DNA from: Azolla caroliniana
Lineage: Eukaryota > Plantae > Polypodiophyta
Length of the DNA: 64,000 bases
Assembly (NCBI GenBank): GCA_043228905.1
Contig: JBHGNT010000006.1
Coordinates: forward strand, 16,802,001-16,866,000
Reading direction: 5' to 3'
The notes below the pieces were generated by a model. The model saw only the letters and a program-made list of their open reading frames with translations, searched no databases and was not told the origin of the DNA. This document shows positions 34,122 to 46,200 of the stretch, in pieces (position 1 is the stretch's first letter; every line of letters begins with the position of its first letter). Position numbers and translations under genes: made by a program.

Positions 34122-37100
34122 TCAACACTCCCCCTCAAGCTCAACCTGAGGTGGGGTCGTAGTGTCGACCTCTGTGGCAGTCGGTTCTTCCAACCGACTT
34201 CTCCTGGCGTCACTCCGCCTTGCTCGCGCTCCTCGTCCGGTCCGGTCCCGTTTTCCGCGACCCCTTTGGTTCTGCGCGCCTCGACCCTCTCGGTCGGCAT
34301 GTCTGCTCAATAGGCCCATCTCAGCACTCACGTTGCTATGACTCCGGCGCTTGCCGATCCGTCGGTTCTCCCACGATGGCATCGACTTCCGCTATGTCCG
34401 TGTCCCCTTGGCCTTCAGACGATCCGACTCATCCAAATCCATCTGTTGGTCCGAGTCAACTGTCTCCGACTCGTTCCAGCTCTTGTCCGAATCGGTACAC
34501 TCTGATTCAACTTCCGGCTTCAGGCCTCTCACCACATCGGACCACATCCAAGTCTTGGCCTTCTCCATGCTTCCCTCGGCTTCTTCAGCCGATGAACCAA
34601 AATCGAATTCTTCATTCGACTCCGCATCATGGTCAGTGTCGTCATGATGACCTCCGCACAGCATGCACTTCTCTTCCTGAGTGCACAACTCTTCTTCACA
34701 GCCGCTTGCTCCAACCTGTTCGGATGTGTCGACTTCCTTCGTCAACTCGGCTTTCTTCATCTTCTTGTCTCCTCTTCTTCCGGCTCTCCTCTTACCGACG
34801 GATTCAACAATTTTTTGGCCTTTGCCCATTTCGGTAGAGACTTTGCCCTTGCTTCTCCCCCTCAAGTGCGACACGTCGAGATGCTGAATACCAAGCATGT
34901 CGGTAAACTGCTGCAACTTGTCCGATCCGAGCGGCTTGGTGAAGATATCGGCAACTTGCCGATCCGTATGAACATACCGTAGGTCAACTTCACCGCTCAG
35001 GACCCACTCACGCACGAAGTGGTAGTGCACCTCGATGTGCTTTGTGCGAGCATGGAACACAGGGTTCCTGGCGAGCTGCAGGCTGCTCATGTTATCACAG
35101 TAAATCGGGATCGGGGTCGGTACCTCGATCCGCAAGTCTCGCAGCAGTCGCCGAAGCCAGATGGCTTCACAAGTGGCAACGGTAGCAGCCCGGTACTCAG
35201 CCTCAGTGCTTGACAAAGCCACTGTGGGCTGCTTCTTGCTGCTCCACGCAACGGCCGCGCTACCTATGGAGAACATGTATCCGGAAGTGGAGCGGCGATC
35301 AGACGCATCGCCGGCCCAGTCAACATCTGTGTAACCGACAAGCTCTTCGGGTATACCTCGACGGTATAGCAGTCCCCGGTCCTTAGTGTCGCTGACATAC
35401 CGTAATATTCGTTGAGCGCACTGAAGGTGCTCCACGGTCGGCTTCTGCATGAACTGACTTACCATGCCGACCAGATAGTTGATGTCGGGTCGGGTGATGG
35501 TTAAGTAGATCAGGCTTCCGACAATCTGTCGGAACCGTTTCTCATTGCAGGCCGGTCCGGAGTTGGGACGGAGCTTCTGGTTCCAGTCCAGGGGTGTGGA
35601 GACAAGTCGGCAATCCGTCATGCCGAACTTATACAGCATATTCAACACGTAATGTCGTTGTGAGAGCAATATGCCGTCGGGGTTCCGGATCACTTCGATC
35701 CCAAGAAAGTAATGAAGGTCCCCCAGGTCCTTCATTTCGAATGCGTCCGACAACTGGGACTTGACGCGGTTGATTTCGGGAAGACCCGGTCCGGTGATGA
35801 CTAAATCATCCACATACAAGAGTATACATACCGGACCGTCAGAGCCTTGACGGATGAACAACGAAGAGTCCGACTTAGAGACAGCAAACCCCAGCTTACG
35901 CAACCGGTGCGTGATCTTCGCGTTCCCGGCTCGGGGGGCTTGCTTCAAGCCGTAAAGCGACTTCTTCAGTCGGCATACCGCCGACTTGTTCATCTCCGAT
36001 TGAAATCTGGGGAGCTGAGTCATAAAGACTTCTTCTTCAAGCTCTCCTTGAAGGAAGGCGTTCTTCACATCCATCTGGTGAAGATGCCACCCCCTTGCCG
36101 CAGCAACCGCCAGTACCACACGAACCATCGTCATCTTCGCCACAGGGGCGAAGTTCTCATCGTAGTCGATTCCGTGGGTCTGCGCGTATCCCTTCGCCAC
36201 TAACCGGGTTTTGTACCGGTTAACAGAACCGTCGGCGTTGTACTTGACCTTGTACACCCACTTGCATCCGATCGGTTTACAGTGACAGGGAGAATCAACT
36301 AGGTCCCAAGTTTCGTTGGCATCGAGTGCCCGCATTTCTTCGTCCATAGCGGCACGCCAATTTGCATCCTTTGCCGCTTCTGTGTAGCTCTCCGGCTCAC
36401 GCACTTCTGTCACCTTAGTCATGTACGCATAATGATGCGCCATGTATTCATTGTACCCGTACCGCATGACGGGATCCTTCTGGCGGGTTGATCGGCGCAA
36501 CGCACTGTCGCCTGATTTGAGGCCCTTCTTGGCCAGTTCGGTCTTCGTTGCCGAAGATCCGCCTTTCTCCTTTCCGGAGTCGGATACGCACCGATCCGAC
36601 TCATCGTTGCCGGTTTCGAATTCCGGCATCTTCCTCTTCCCCTTCTCTTTGCGCGTGAACCGTTTCCTCGGTTCCTTGCGCGGGGAGAGCACGGCAGAGT
36701 CTCCACCACTTGCCGTCTCTTCATCCGACTGGTCCAACCGACTCAGTCGCTCGTTCGGTCCACTCAACCGTAACGATTCCGGACTCTCATCTTGAGTCCC
36801 GGCTTCATCATCCTCTGCCAGGGCTGATTCAGGCTCACTGGACTGATCTTCCGGCATTGGGTCAGGATCGGAGGTCGGAGTCGGTACGGAGTACCAGGAT
36901 GCCGATTCATCGAACTCGACATCCCGGCTTACTCGGACTTCCTTCGTCCGGGGGTTATAGCACTTATACCCCTTTTGCTCTTGAGCATAGCCGACTAGGA
37001 TGCATTTTTCCGATTTTGCATCCAGCTTTCTCCACTTCTGATCCGGCACATGCACATACGCTATGCTGCCGAATATCCGAAGGTGTCTTAAGTTCGTCTT

Positions 37101-39912
37101 GCGCCCGAAATACAGCTCATGAGCTGACACCTTGTCACCAATGCGGTTTTGTATGTAGACGGCCGTCCGGACCGCCTCCGCCCAGTAGAACCGGGGCATG
37201 CTCTTTTCCTCCAGCATTGCCCTTGCCGCTTCGACGAGTGACCAGTTCTCCCTTTCAGCCACACCGTTTTGCTCCGGTGTGTATCTGCAGCTAAACTCTC
37301 ACCGAATTCCCTTCTGTTGCAGATAACTAGTGAATTGGCTGGAAAAATATTCCTTTCCGCCATCCGACTGAAGGCATTTGATCTTCCTCTCCGATTCCCG
37401 TTCCACCATCTTCTGGAGGCTCCGAAAACAGTCGAAGACTTCGCTCTTCCGCTCAATGAGGTAGATCCAAGTATGTCGAGTATAGTCGTCGATGAAGGAG
37501 ACGAAGTATCGGCTCCAGTTCCGTTCGGTGGGGAATGGAAGCCGGTGTTGCTTCCCAAGTTGGCAGGCTTCACAAATTTCGGCTCTCCGGCCGCTAAACT
37601 TCGGCAAACCGAAAACAACTTGTTTCGTTTGCAGGTCTTGAAGCCTCTGGTAGTTGACGTGGCCTATCCGCTTGTGCCACAGGTCAATGTCCGACTCGAC
37701 CTTCTGTCGATTCGCGAACAAAGCGGGGCCAAAGTCATTGGTGTTGAGGATAAACATCCTCCCGTCTCTGTGCCCTTGCGCAATGACTTCGCCCTCATCC
37801 TCAATGAAGCACCCGAGGTGCGTAAACCGCACCTGCATCCCCTGGTCGACAATCTGACCAACGGACACCAGGTTCTTCGTGATTGTTGGAACGTGTAATA
37901 CGTTCATCAGCTTCCCTTTCTGTCCGACGTGGCTTAGAGGGACTTCTCCGACGTGCACGATTGGGTGAGGAGTGTCATCTCCGGTTTCGACTACTCCTGG
38001 TTGATCCGGTTTCTCCAGAAAGGAGTACCACTCTTTGTGGCTCGTCATGTGGTTCGACGCTGTCGTAGTGTAGGTTGCACACTATGTGGAAATTATATTT
38101 TTGTCCCTTTGGATAGAAAATGGAGTGCTCGGTGAGAAAAGGAGGAAAACGGCATACCGGCAAGGAGGGAAAACGGCATGCCGGCAAGGAAGAAAACGGC
38201 ATACCGGCAAGGAAGAGCCGGATAAAGAGACATAAATGTAAAAAGAAGGAAATACTCACTACTGCGCAAGGCGTGATTCGAACTCTGCACCTCCGCGTTG
38301 ACAAACCCCAACCTTACCATTACATTAACTTATCTTAAGTGTTCTAAATATAGATTTAATACGTATAAGACCTTTATTTATGCATACCTTTATTAAAAGG
38401 TAAATCGTGTATTTTTTTTAATATATGAAAAAGAAAAACACGAGACACTAAAAATAACTCATGCACATCTAGCGTGCATGAGCCCTATACTTAGGAAATA
38501 AAAAAAGCATCACATGGACATTTAGTGGACATGAACACTTTTTGTAAAAAAAAAAAAAGCATGAAGCCATGCTTAGCTCTTCCTCCCTTATATAAGGAGG
38601 AGAGAAATATGTAAAGGGTTGTTGATTTTTTTGGATTAAGAATTAATCAATACAAAAATTATTCGTGGGATTCACGATTTATACGTCTACTTCTCTCTTA
38701 ACACCCTAAGTACCAATTAATATAGTATACTCGTGTGATTCACGAGTTTCTTATCTTTCTCTTTGCTATTTACTCATAATTAATCTCTATCTCGCGAACT
38801 TCTTTCTCCTAGTCCAAGACCTCTGTGGTTCCCACCCGACTCACGCAACGATCCGGAGCCGAAAGGCACGACAACGCGCCGGAATCAACATACCACGCTT
38901 CCTCCATTTTGGAAGTGGTCTTCTTCATTGAGTTTGCCTTGTGATTCATCACCAAGGCTGGCCCCTTACCGGCCTTTCCGGTTCCGAATCCTCCTGATCC
39001 GTTTGTGTAGTGCGAGTTTTGCCGGCCACCCTTACCGGTCTTGCCGGATCCGGATTTGTCCGAATCGGCACGCTTTCTCCAGCACTCGCTTTCCCTGTGG
39101 CCTTTTTTGCCACACTACCAGCATTCCGTAGCGGATTTGTCTTGCCGGCCTCCGGCACCGCCTTGACTCCCCCTGCTTGTGGAAGTCCCGGAACTGCTAT
39201 CCGCACACTCATAGTGCCTTCGTTCCTGCTCTTGCCGGCCGCCTCCATTGCGTGCCGACCCACCTCTTCCACCACGCCCACGGAGCCGATCCGTTCCCGT
39301 GTACAGCATTCGGTTGTCCGGGGATGCACTGGTAGATGCACCGGCGTGGTTCTCCTCTACAAGGAGCATCGACTGTAAGTCGAAGAATGAGGGGGTATTC
39401 TCCCTTGTACACACCGCAGTCTGGAACGCTCCGAACTTGGACGCCAGGCCTCCGAGACATACCTGCACCATCTCATCTTCCTCTACGGTAACATTGATAG
39501 AGGCGAGCGAGTCGCAGATCTCCTTTATCCGGCCCGTGTAGTTTGCCACAGACATGTTCTTCTGTCGAACATTGCTCAACTCCTGTCTGAGTTGCAGCTT
39601 CCGGGCAGTGGTGCTTGCAGCGAAAACCTTTTTGAGGTTCCCCCAAGCATCCTTCGGTGTCTTGGCGTCATAGACGTGGCTGAGCAGCTGATCGCCGACA
39701 CTGGACGCGAAGCAGTACATCACCCTGCTTGCCGCTTGTTCCCATACCGGGAAGTCCTTGTGTGTCGAGCCGGGCGCCGCATCATTCGCTCCTTCGACAT
39801 AACTCCAGTACCCGTGTCCAAGCAGGTACTGGTGCATCTTGTAAGACCAGGATGCGTAGTTGCTCTTGTCGAGCTTGTCCACCGGGAGCGACGTAGCCAT
39901 GCCTCTATCCAT
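34122..39912 (-). pseudogene. gag-pol: Copia F gag-pol, disrupted by a stop in the zinc knuckle, a solo-LTR insertion and integrase lesions
   Basis: Gag 39115-39912 (ECW*CGKKGHRESEC); protease WYVDSGA|SNHMT split at 38060/38874; INT-RT-RH in ORFs 37299-38048 and 34392-37262. Confidence 0.93.
38061..38873. mobile_element. Solo LTR (813 bp) with 4-bp TSD in the copia F protease gene
   Basis: TGTCGT...ACGACA termini; TSD ACGC at 38057-38060 and 38874-38877; three ~24-bp AAACGGCATACCGGCAAGGA repeats at 38147-38215. Confidence 0.88.
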
Positions 39913-40045
39913 GTCTTCTACTGTGTCTGCTTTCGACCTGTTAGGGTTTTCTTCTCAAGAGTAAATGTCTGCAGCAGAGGTTCTCAACCCTCGCGCTCTG
40001 ATACCATGTAAACGTAAGTGTTTGCGGAAGCGTAAAATAGAGAAC

Positions 40046-40076
<31 letters not shown>

Positions 40077-40408
40077 CAGAACACAATTTCAAAATTATAT
40101 CAAGACTATCTACACACTGTGCTAAGTAGCACTATTTATACAAGTCCTCTTGGGACTGACAGAAGTACCATGTACTTCAATGCTCACACGAGCATCTGAC
40201 ACTTACTACGAGACTATAGCTACCTAGTAGTCTATCCTATACTAGGCTTCCGATTGGACTTCCGGTTACGGATTGCACCCGGCCTCCACTGCTTGCCGGT
40301 TCGGTTGCTCACCGTCATACCGATCCGTTTCGCCCGATCCGTCTTGCTTACCGGCTCCGGCTTATTCAGCCGATCCGGCTCTGGTTGAGCTTGCCACTCA
40401 ACACTCCT

Positions 40409-40916
40409 TCACTCCCTCGCACGCCTCCCATACCAACACCTCTAGGTCGTACTCCTCTAGTTGATCCCATGTCGGGCTCTCTTCCAACGGTAGTGCGTAG
40501 CTGCTCACCGCCCTCTCTTCTCCGCCATTCGCGGATCACGTTGTTGCCGACCGCTCCCTATTGGGTTGCCGGCATACCCACTCCAGTTTCGCGGATCCGT
40601 ATGCCTCCAATAGAGCTCCTTCAAAGGACTCCCACGACCCATGAGCTTCTTGAAGCTTCTTGACCTCTTTGTGCACCGATATGGCCGCCACTCAAAGAAA
40701 ATTTTCTAGCCGCATCGCTTTGTCCACACCCCTCCTCGTCATCTCGGCTTTGTATGCTTCCAAGAACCTCGGGACTTCGTCCCTGTTGAATTGGCTGACT
40801 CGATCGACCACCCTCTCGGCGGCTTGTTGAGCCGCATCTTGCCTTGCCTTCTTCCATTGGGCATCCTTTACAATCTTCGCCATTATCTCCACAAACTCGA
40901 AGTCTTCGTCTTCCAT
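40409..40916 (-). pseudogene. gag: Gag N-terminal/capsid region of element N (frameshifted)
   Basis: AAERVVDRVSQFNRDEVPRFLEAYKAEMTRRGV and SWESFEGALLEAYG align with the Gag of element P. Confidence 0.8.
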
Positions 40917-40940
40917 CTCCGTCCTCTCCCTTGCCGCCTC

Positions 40941-40958
40941 TTCACATCGGGTTCACCA
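40941..40958 (-). promoter_or_regulatory. tRNA-Trp primer-binding site of element N
   Basis: TTCACATCGGGTTCACCA, 17/18 match to the plant tRNA-Trp 3' end TTCACGTCGGGTTCACCA (recalled); 5 nt from the LTR. Confidence 0.85.
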
Positions 40959-40963
40959 AAGTA

Positions 40964-41662
40964 TGTCGCGATATTCCGCGAGAACATGTAGGATCTTAGG
41001 CAGGACCACGGGGGTCTTGGACTAGGGAGTAGAGGAGAAATGGAAGTTTAGCCCAAGAGGAGATGAGAAAGAATAAGACATAAACATAGAATAGAATAGA
41101 TGGAGTCAAGATACACCCACAAGGCAAGAAGATCAACAAGCTATATTAAGAGTTCACAAAATATTACAACCAAGGCCGCATAGGCCACACCAAACGGTAT
41201 AACAAAACCCTAACCGGATAAGCAAGTAAAGAAGATGAAGAAGAAACCCTAAACAAACCCTAAAACCGAAATGGGAAACCCTCGACCTAAGTTGTATATC
41301 TCTCTCCCTCAAAATAGGCAACCCCTTCCAAAGTGACCCCTCACTCCCTTTTATAGTAGTAAGGGGTGAGGCACATTACAAGAGTGGTCAAACCCCCTTC
41401 TCCTTTCCAAAGGAGAATATTTGATCTCGATCTTGAGACCGTTGGCCATAACTCTCACTCCTCTAGCCATCCTATTCAATGCCCATTACTCCCTTCACTT
41501 ATTCTTCACGTACCTCTATCTAGTCTACCAAGTGCACATCACATTTACACTTAACAAACTCCGTGGAGCACCTTTAGCACCTTAGGTTAATGCCCTTCCC
41601 CTTTACATTTTGTTATCTTATTTTTATATACAAATGTATAAGTGCATGTGCAACGTTGCACA
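40964..41662 (-). repeat. LTR of element N (699 bp)
   Basis: TGTCGCGATATTCC...GTTGCACA; near-identical to 30852-31499; several AAACCCTA telo-boxes. Confidence 0.8.
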
Positions 41663-43216
41663 TCCCCATTTTCTTGTATACCTTTCACACTCAAAATAGG
41701 CAACCCCTTCACAAGTGACCCCTCCCTTCCTTTTATAGCCCAAGGAGGCAACCCCTTCACAAGTGCACATGTTGCACACCTCCGACTTGCCCATTCCATC
41801 CCAGTTTCACATCGTAGCCGGAAATCTTCAGAACATCCACTCCCACCAAACCGCACATCCATCGATTTCGGGTACGGTGATCAACCGGGACCTCCGCCGT
41901 CCCGGCACCCGACCACCTTGCCGGCTCCTATTGACCCCGATCCGTCGGATCCAACCGATCCTCCAGGTCCACCGTGTGTCCCCGAATCACCAACTCCATC
42001 CGATCCGCCATATCTAACGTTCGCGCCTTCCTCCCCGATCAGTCCTCCTGGACGCCGTTGTCGACCCGATCACTCCGACTTTGTCCGCCATGCCATGTAT
42101 GCCCTTTGATTGGGCCCCCGGTCACTTCGGTTGTACGCCGGATTTTGCGCCTTGCGTGCCGCGTATGTCCCTCCGTCAGTTCGATCGTCTCCGCGTCCCG
42201 AACACCTCCACGCTCGCCTTCCGCAGGCTCTTCCTGTGTGTTGTTATCGTTCCCCAAATGCGCGCTCGTTCTTCGGTCCTTAGGCCACCCCATTACACGC
42301 TCCTCGCTGCCCCCTGTCTTGTCGTGCTCTCTCTCCGTAGAGTGTACCATCATACCGACCTCCGTGTCGGTGTCCGTCCCAGCTCTTGTTACCGCTTCGC
42401 CTCGACTTCCGCCCTCTATGCCTCACATGTCCTCTGGGACGCCGCACTTTCTCTTCCCAGCCTTCCCAGCGTGTACCCCTTTGTTCTCCGCACACCATCC
42501 TTCTCTCTCGCCGTTCATCCGCCGAACACAACACCTTACCACTCCGTCTCTCGCCGCGTGCTTGCCTCTGAAAGGCTCGACCAGTCCGCCATTGCCGGTC
42601 ACTCGTTGCCGCTCTTCCGGGTGCATGCTTGCTTCTTGGCCCTTCGCCGGCCGTAGTGCATGCTTCTTTTTACGCCCTTCACTCGTCGTAGACCCGACCT
42701 CCGTGTCAGCCTCTTCTCCCTTTGTTGTCGTAGCCCGTTCCGACTCGGGCCCGCTCGTCCATTATTTCATACCGGATACCCGCTCCGGTAACTAACTCCT
42801 CGCCGCCACCCGCCGTCTCTCCGGTCTTACGTTGATCCACAACCGTCGAAGTCTCTCTATAATAGGTGTGGAGGGTCCCGCTCATATCCGGTCGTCAACC
42901 GAACCGTGGTCATCGTGCCCGGTTAGCCTCCTTCTCGTGCTCACCGGCTCCCACCGTACGTTGTGGCTTGTATGCCTTGACGTCCAATCATGTCGGCTTG
43001 GTCCTTGCCCGCTTCGGTAACTAACTCCTCGCCGCCACCCGCCGTCTCTCTGATCTTACGTTGATCCACAACCGCCGAAGTCTCTAGAATAGGTGTGGAG
43101 GGTCCCGCTCGTATCCGGTCATCAAGCGAACCGTGGTCATCGTGCCCGGTTAGCCCCCTTCTCGTGCTCACTAGCTCCCACCGCGCGTTGTGGCTTGTAT
43201 GCCTTGAGGTCCAATC

Positions 43217-46200
43217 TGTTGGAGACAATGTCGTCAATGCGGAAGATCTAGAAGCATTCGATTCTTCTGAATACCTGCGTATGACTGTTTCTATGTCGTT
43301 GCACAGAGAGAGAGTGAGAGAGAGAGACACAAAAGAGTTCTTTATTCATAAACAAGAATACAACAAGCCCAACCTCACAAAGAGGTTACAAGGTCACTAT
43401 ATATAGGGACCGACTTAGGGCAACTGCCCTTTATGCTAATTACATAAATGGCCAGAACGGGATAGTGTGAATACGTCCATTATACACTTGTATTCGACAC
43501 TCCCCCGTAATGGGCGTATACATGGGTTATCTAAGATTACAGGTATAGACTTAGGTTCTCGGACATATCAGCTTTGTTCGAGTCGGCAGGGTCCGAAGGC
43601 AGAAGACCGAACTGGTCGGGTCGGAACAGTTGAAGCCGATCATTAAGGAACTGATGTCGGTTGTCGGGAACCATCCTGCTCTGTGTCCGGCTCTAACCGG
43701 ACTGGTTTGTCGTTACGCCCATCTGATGCCGAAGAGACCGAAAGCGGTCTGCCGAAAGACACTTGGTCATTCCATCTGCGACATTGTTGGTTGTGGATAT
43801 TTTCTCTAGACCGATTTTCCCTGAAATGACGCAGTCCCGAACGAAGTGATATCGAACGTCGATATGTTTGGAGGCGTTGTGGTGAACCGGATTTTTCGAC
43901 AAGGCAACAGCACCTTGACTGTCGCTGTAGACAACTGGAGCCGAGTCATGGTCGACTTGTCGAAACGTGTGCGCCAGCCGACCGAGCCACAAAGCTTCTT
44001 TTGCTGCGTCGGACGCAGCTACATATTCTGCTTCGGTCGTTGAGGTCGCTGTGCACTCCTGAAGTTTCGACTTCCACGAGATTGCTCCATTGCCGAATTT
44101 GAAGCAGTATCCGGTTGTTGATTTCCGACTGTCTATACAGCCGGCGAAGTCCGAGTCAGTGTAACCGACTACGCCTGAGGTTCGGTTCGGACCGAAAAGA
44201 ATGCCGTGGTCTTTTGTGTCAGCTAGATATCTAAACACATGCTTGACTGCGTTCCAATGCGATCGGCCAGGGTTGTGCATAAATCTGCTAACGACTCCTA
44301 CGGCATGAGAAATATCAGGCCGTGTCGCGACCATCAGGTACATAAGGGAGCCGACTGCCGGTGCATACGGTACCGACTTCATATATTCCCCCTCCGGACC
44401 GGATGTCGGGCAGTCTCGCTGAGAGAGCCGAAGATTCATGGGGAGCGGGGTTGAAGCATATTTGGCTGATTGCATGTTGAAGCGTTCCAAGACACGTCCG
44501 ATATAGTCGGTCTGAGACAAAAAAAGATGTCGTTTATCGCGATGCCGACTAATCTTCATGCCAAGTATGTGTCGTGCCGGACCGAGGTCCTTCATGGCAA
44601 ACTTCAACCGCAGTTGCCGAATGAGATCGGCAAGTTCGCCCGCGTGGCGTCCAGAAAGTAGCATGTCGTCCACGTAGATGATGAGGAAGATGGGTGATCC
44701 ATCTTGAGCTGTGTTGGTGAAAAGACAATGGTCCTCATCGCTTTTTGAGAAGCCGATCGATTGGATGAAGTCGTCGAACTTCTTGTACCATTGTCGCGGT
44801 GCCTGTTTGAGGCCGTATAGACTCTTCCTGAGTCGGCAGACTAGATGTTCTTGGCCAGTTGCCACGAAGCCTTTTGGCTGCTCCATATAAATTTCCTCGT
44901 CAAGATCACCATGGAGGAATGCTGTTTTGACATCTAGCTGAATCAGCTCCAAGTTGTCGGCTGCCACTACGCCGAGTAGGAAACGAAGGGTTGTCATTTT
45001 CACCACTGGTGAAAAAATCTCGTCGAAGTCGACGCCGTATTCTTGTCGGAAGCCCTTCGCAACTAGTCTAGCCTTGTACTTTGGGGTGGTCGAATCAGAC
45101 GTCTCTTTTAGTCGATAGACCCATTTGCAAGGAAGAGCACGTCGGTTCCTAGGTAATTCGACCAGATCCCAAGTCTTGTTTGCCCGAATGGAGTGCATTT
45201 CCGACTCCATCGCCAGATGCCAGGTGGCTGAATCGACAGATGTCGATGCTTCCTCGTAAGACGTCGGTTCGCCGGCGTCGGTGAAGAAAATTCCAGGAGA
45301 ATACCTCTCCGGAGGTTGCGACAGTCTCTCGGATCGTCGGGGTATGACTGGACTGGTCGCATCGGGTATCGAGGTCGAATGGTCCGAAAGCGAATCATTC
45401 GGCTGTGCCGAGTCGGAGTTGTCCGAGTCGGGAGTGTAAGGTTCAGCTACCCGTGAAGCTGACCGTGTGTTAAGAGCAGGGCCTTCTTGAAGGGTCGGCA
45501 CATCGGAAAATGTTACCCTTCGGACTTCAATCGGTTTTTCGACTGATGGATTCATAGCCGACTCGTTGAACACAACGTCCGAACTTCGAACGATTTGTCT
45601 GCGTTCGGGGTCCCAGAGTCGGTATCCCATTTCGCCGTCTGATCCATATCCAAGGAAAATGCATTTCCTGGACCGAGGTGCAAGTTTTCGGCGATCATCT
45701 TTCGGAATAAGGGCGTACGCCTCGCATCCGAAGATCCTCAGCTTGTCGTAATTCGGCTTACTGCCGATCCATAGTTCCTGAGGAATTTGAAGTCCTAGAG
45801 GTCTACTTGGCGACATATTGATTATGTGTACTGCCGTGAGTAGAGCCTCTGCCCAGAAGCCATCCGACAGTCCGGAGTGTTGGAGCATGGAAACTATCCT
45901 TTCTTGGATTGTCCTATTCATTCGTTCTGCAATCCCGTTTTGCTCCGGACTGTGTGGTGCCGTAAATTCACGTCGGATGCCGCGTTGTCGGCAGAATTTG
46001 ACGAATTCTTCGGATTTGAACTCTCCCCCATTGTCTGTCCGAAAGCATTTCAGTTTTCGGTCGGTTTGATTTTCTACCATAGCGAGCCACTTTGAGAAGA
46101 TCGAGAAGACCCGATCTTTGGTGCGAATCGGATAAGCCCACACCTTTCGAGTCGAATCGTCAATAAAACTGACGAAGTAAGAGGCACCGCCGAGAGACTG

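Larger units (their letters stand above)
33739..40403 (-). mobile_element. Ty1/copia element F (same lineage as A)
   Basis: TSD CTCCT at 33734-33738 and 40404-40408. LTRs 33739-34127 and 40007-40403. iMet PBS at 39995-40006. PPT at 34128-34139. Confidence 0.96.
29981..41662 (-). mobile_element. Non-autonomous Gag-only Trp-primed element N, unit 1
   Basis: LTR pieces 29981-30012 plus 30852-~31499 match LTR 40964-41662. tRNA-Trp PBS at 40941-40958. Gag N-terminus at 40409-40916. No pol motifs in the internal region. Confidence 0.8.

Noticed and set aside
39115-39117. Programmed read-through stop at the end of copia F gag
   Set aside because: The TAG falls within the CX2C zinc knuckle (CW*C), most simply a point mutation of a Tyr codon in an element with other lesions.
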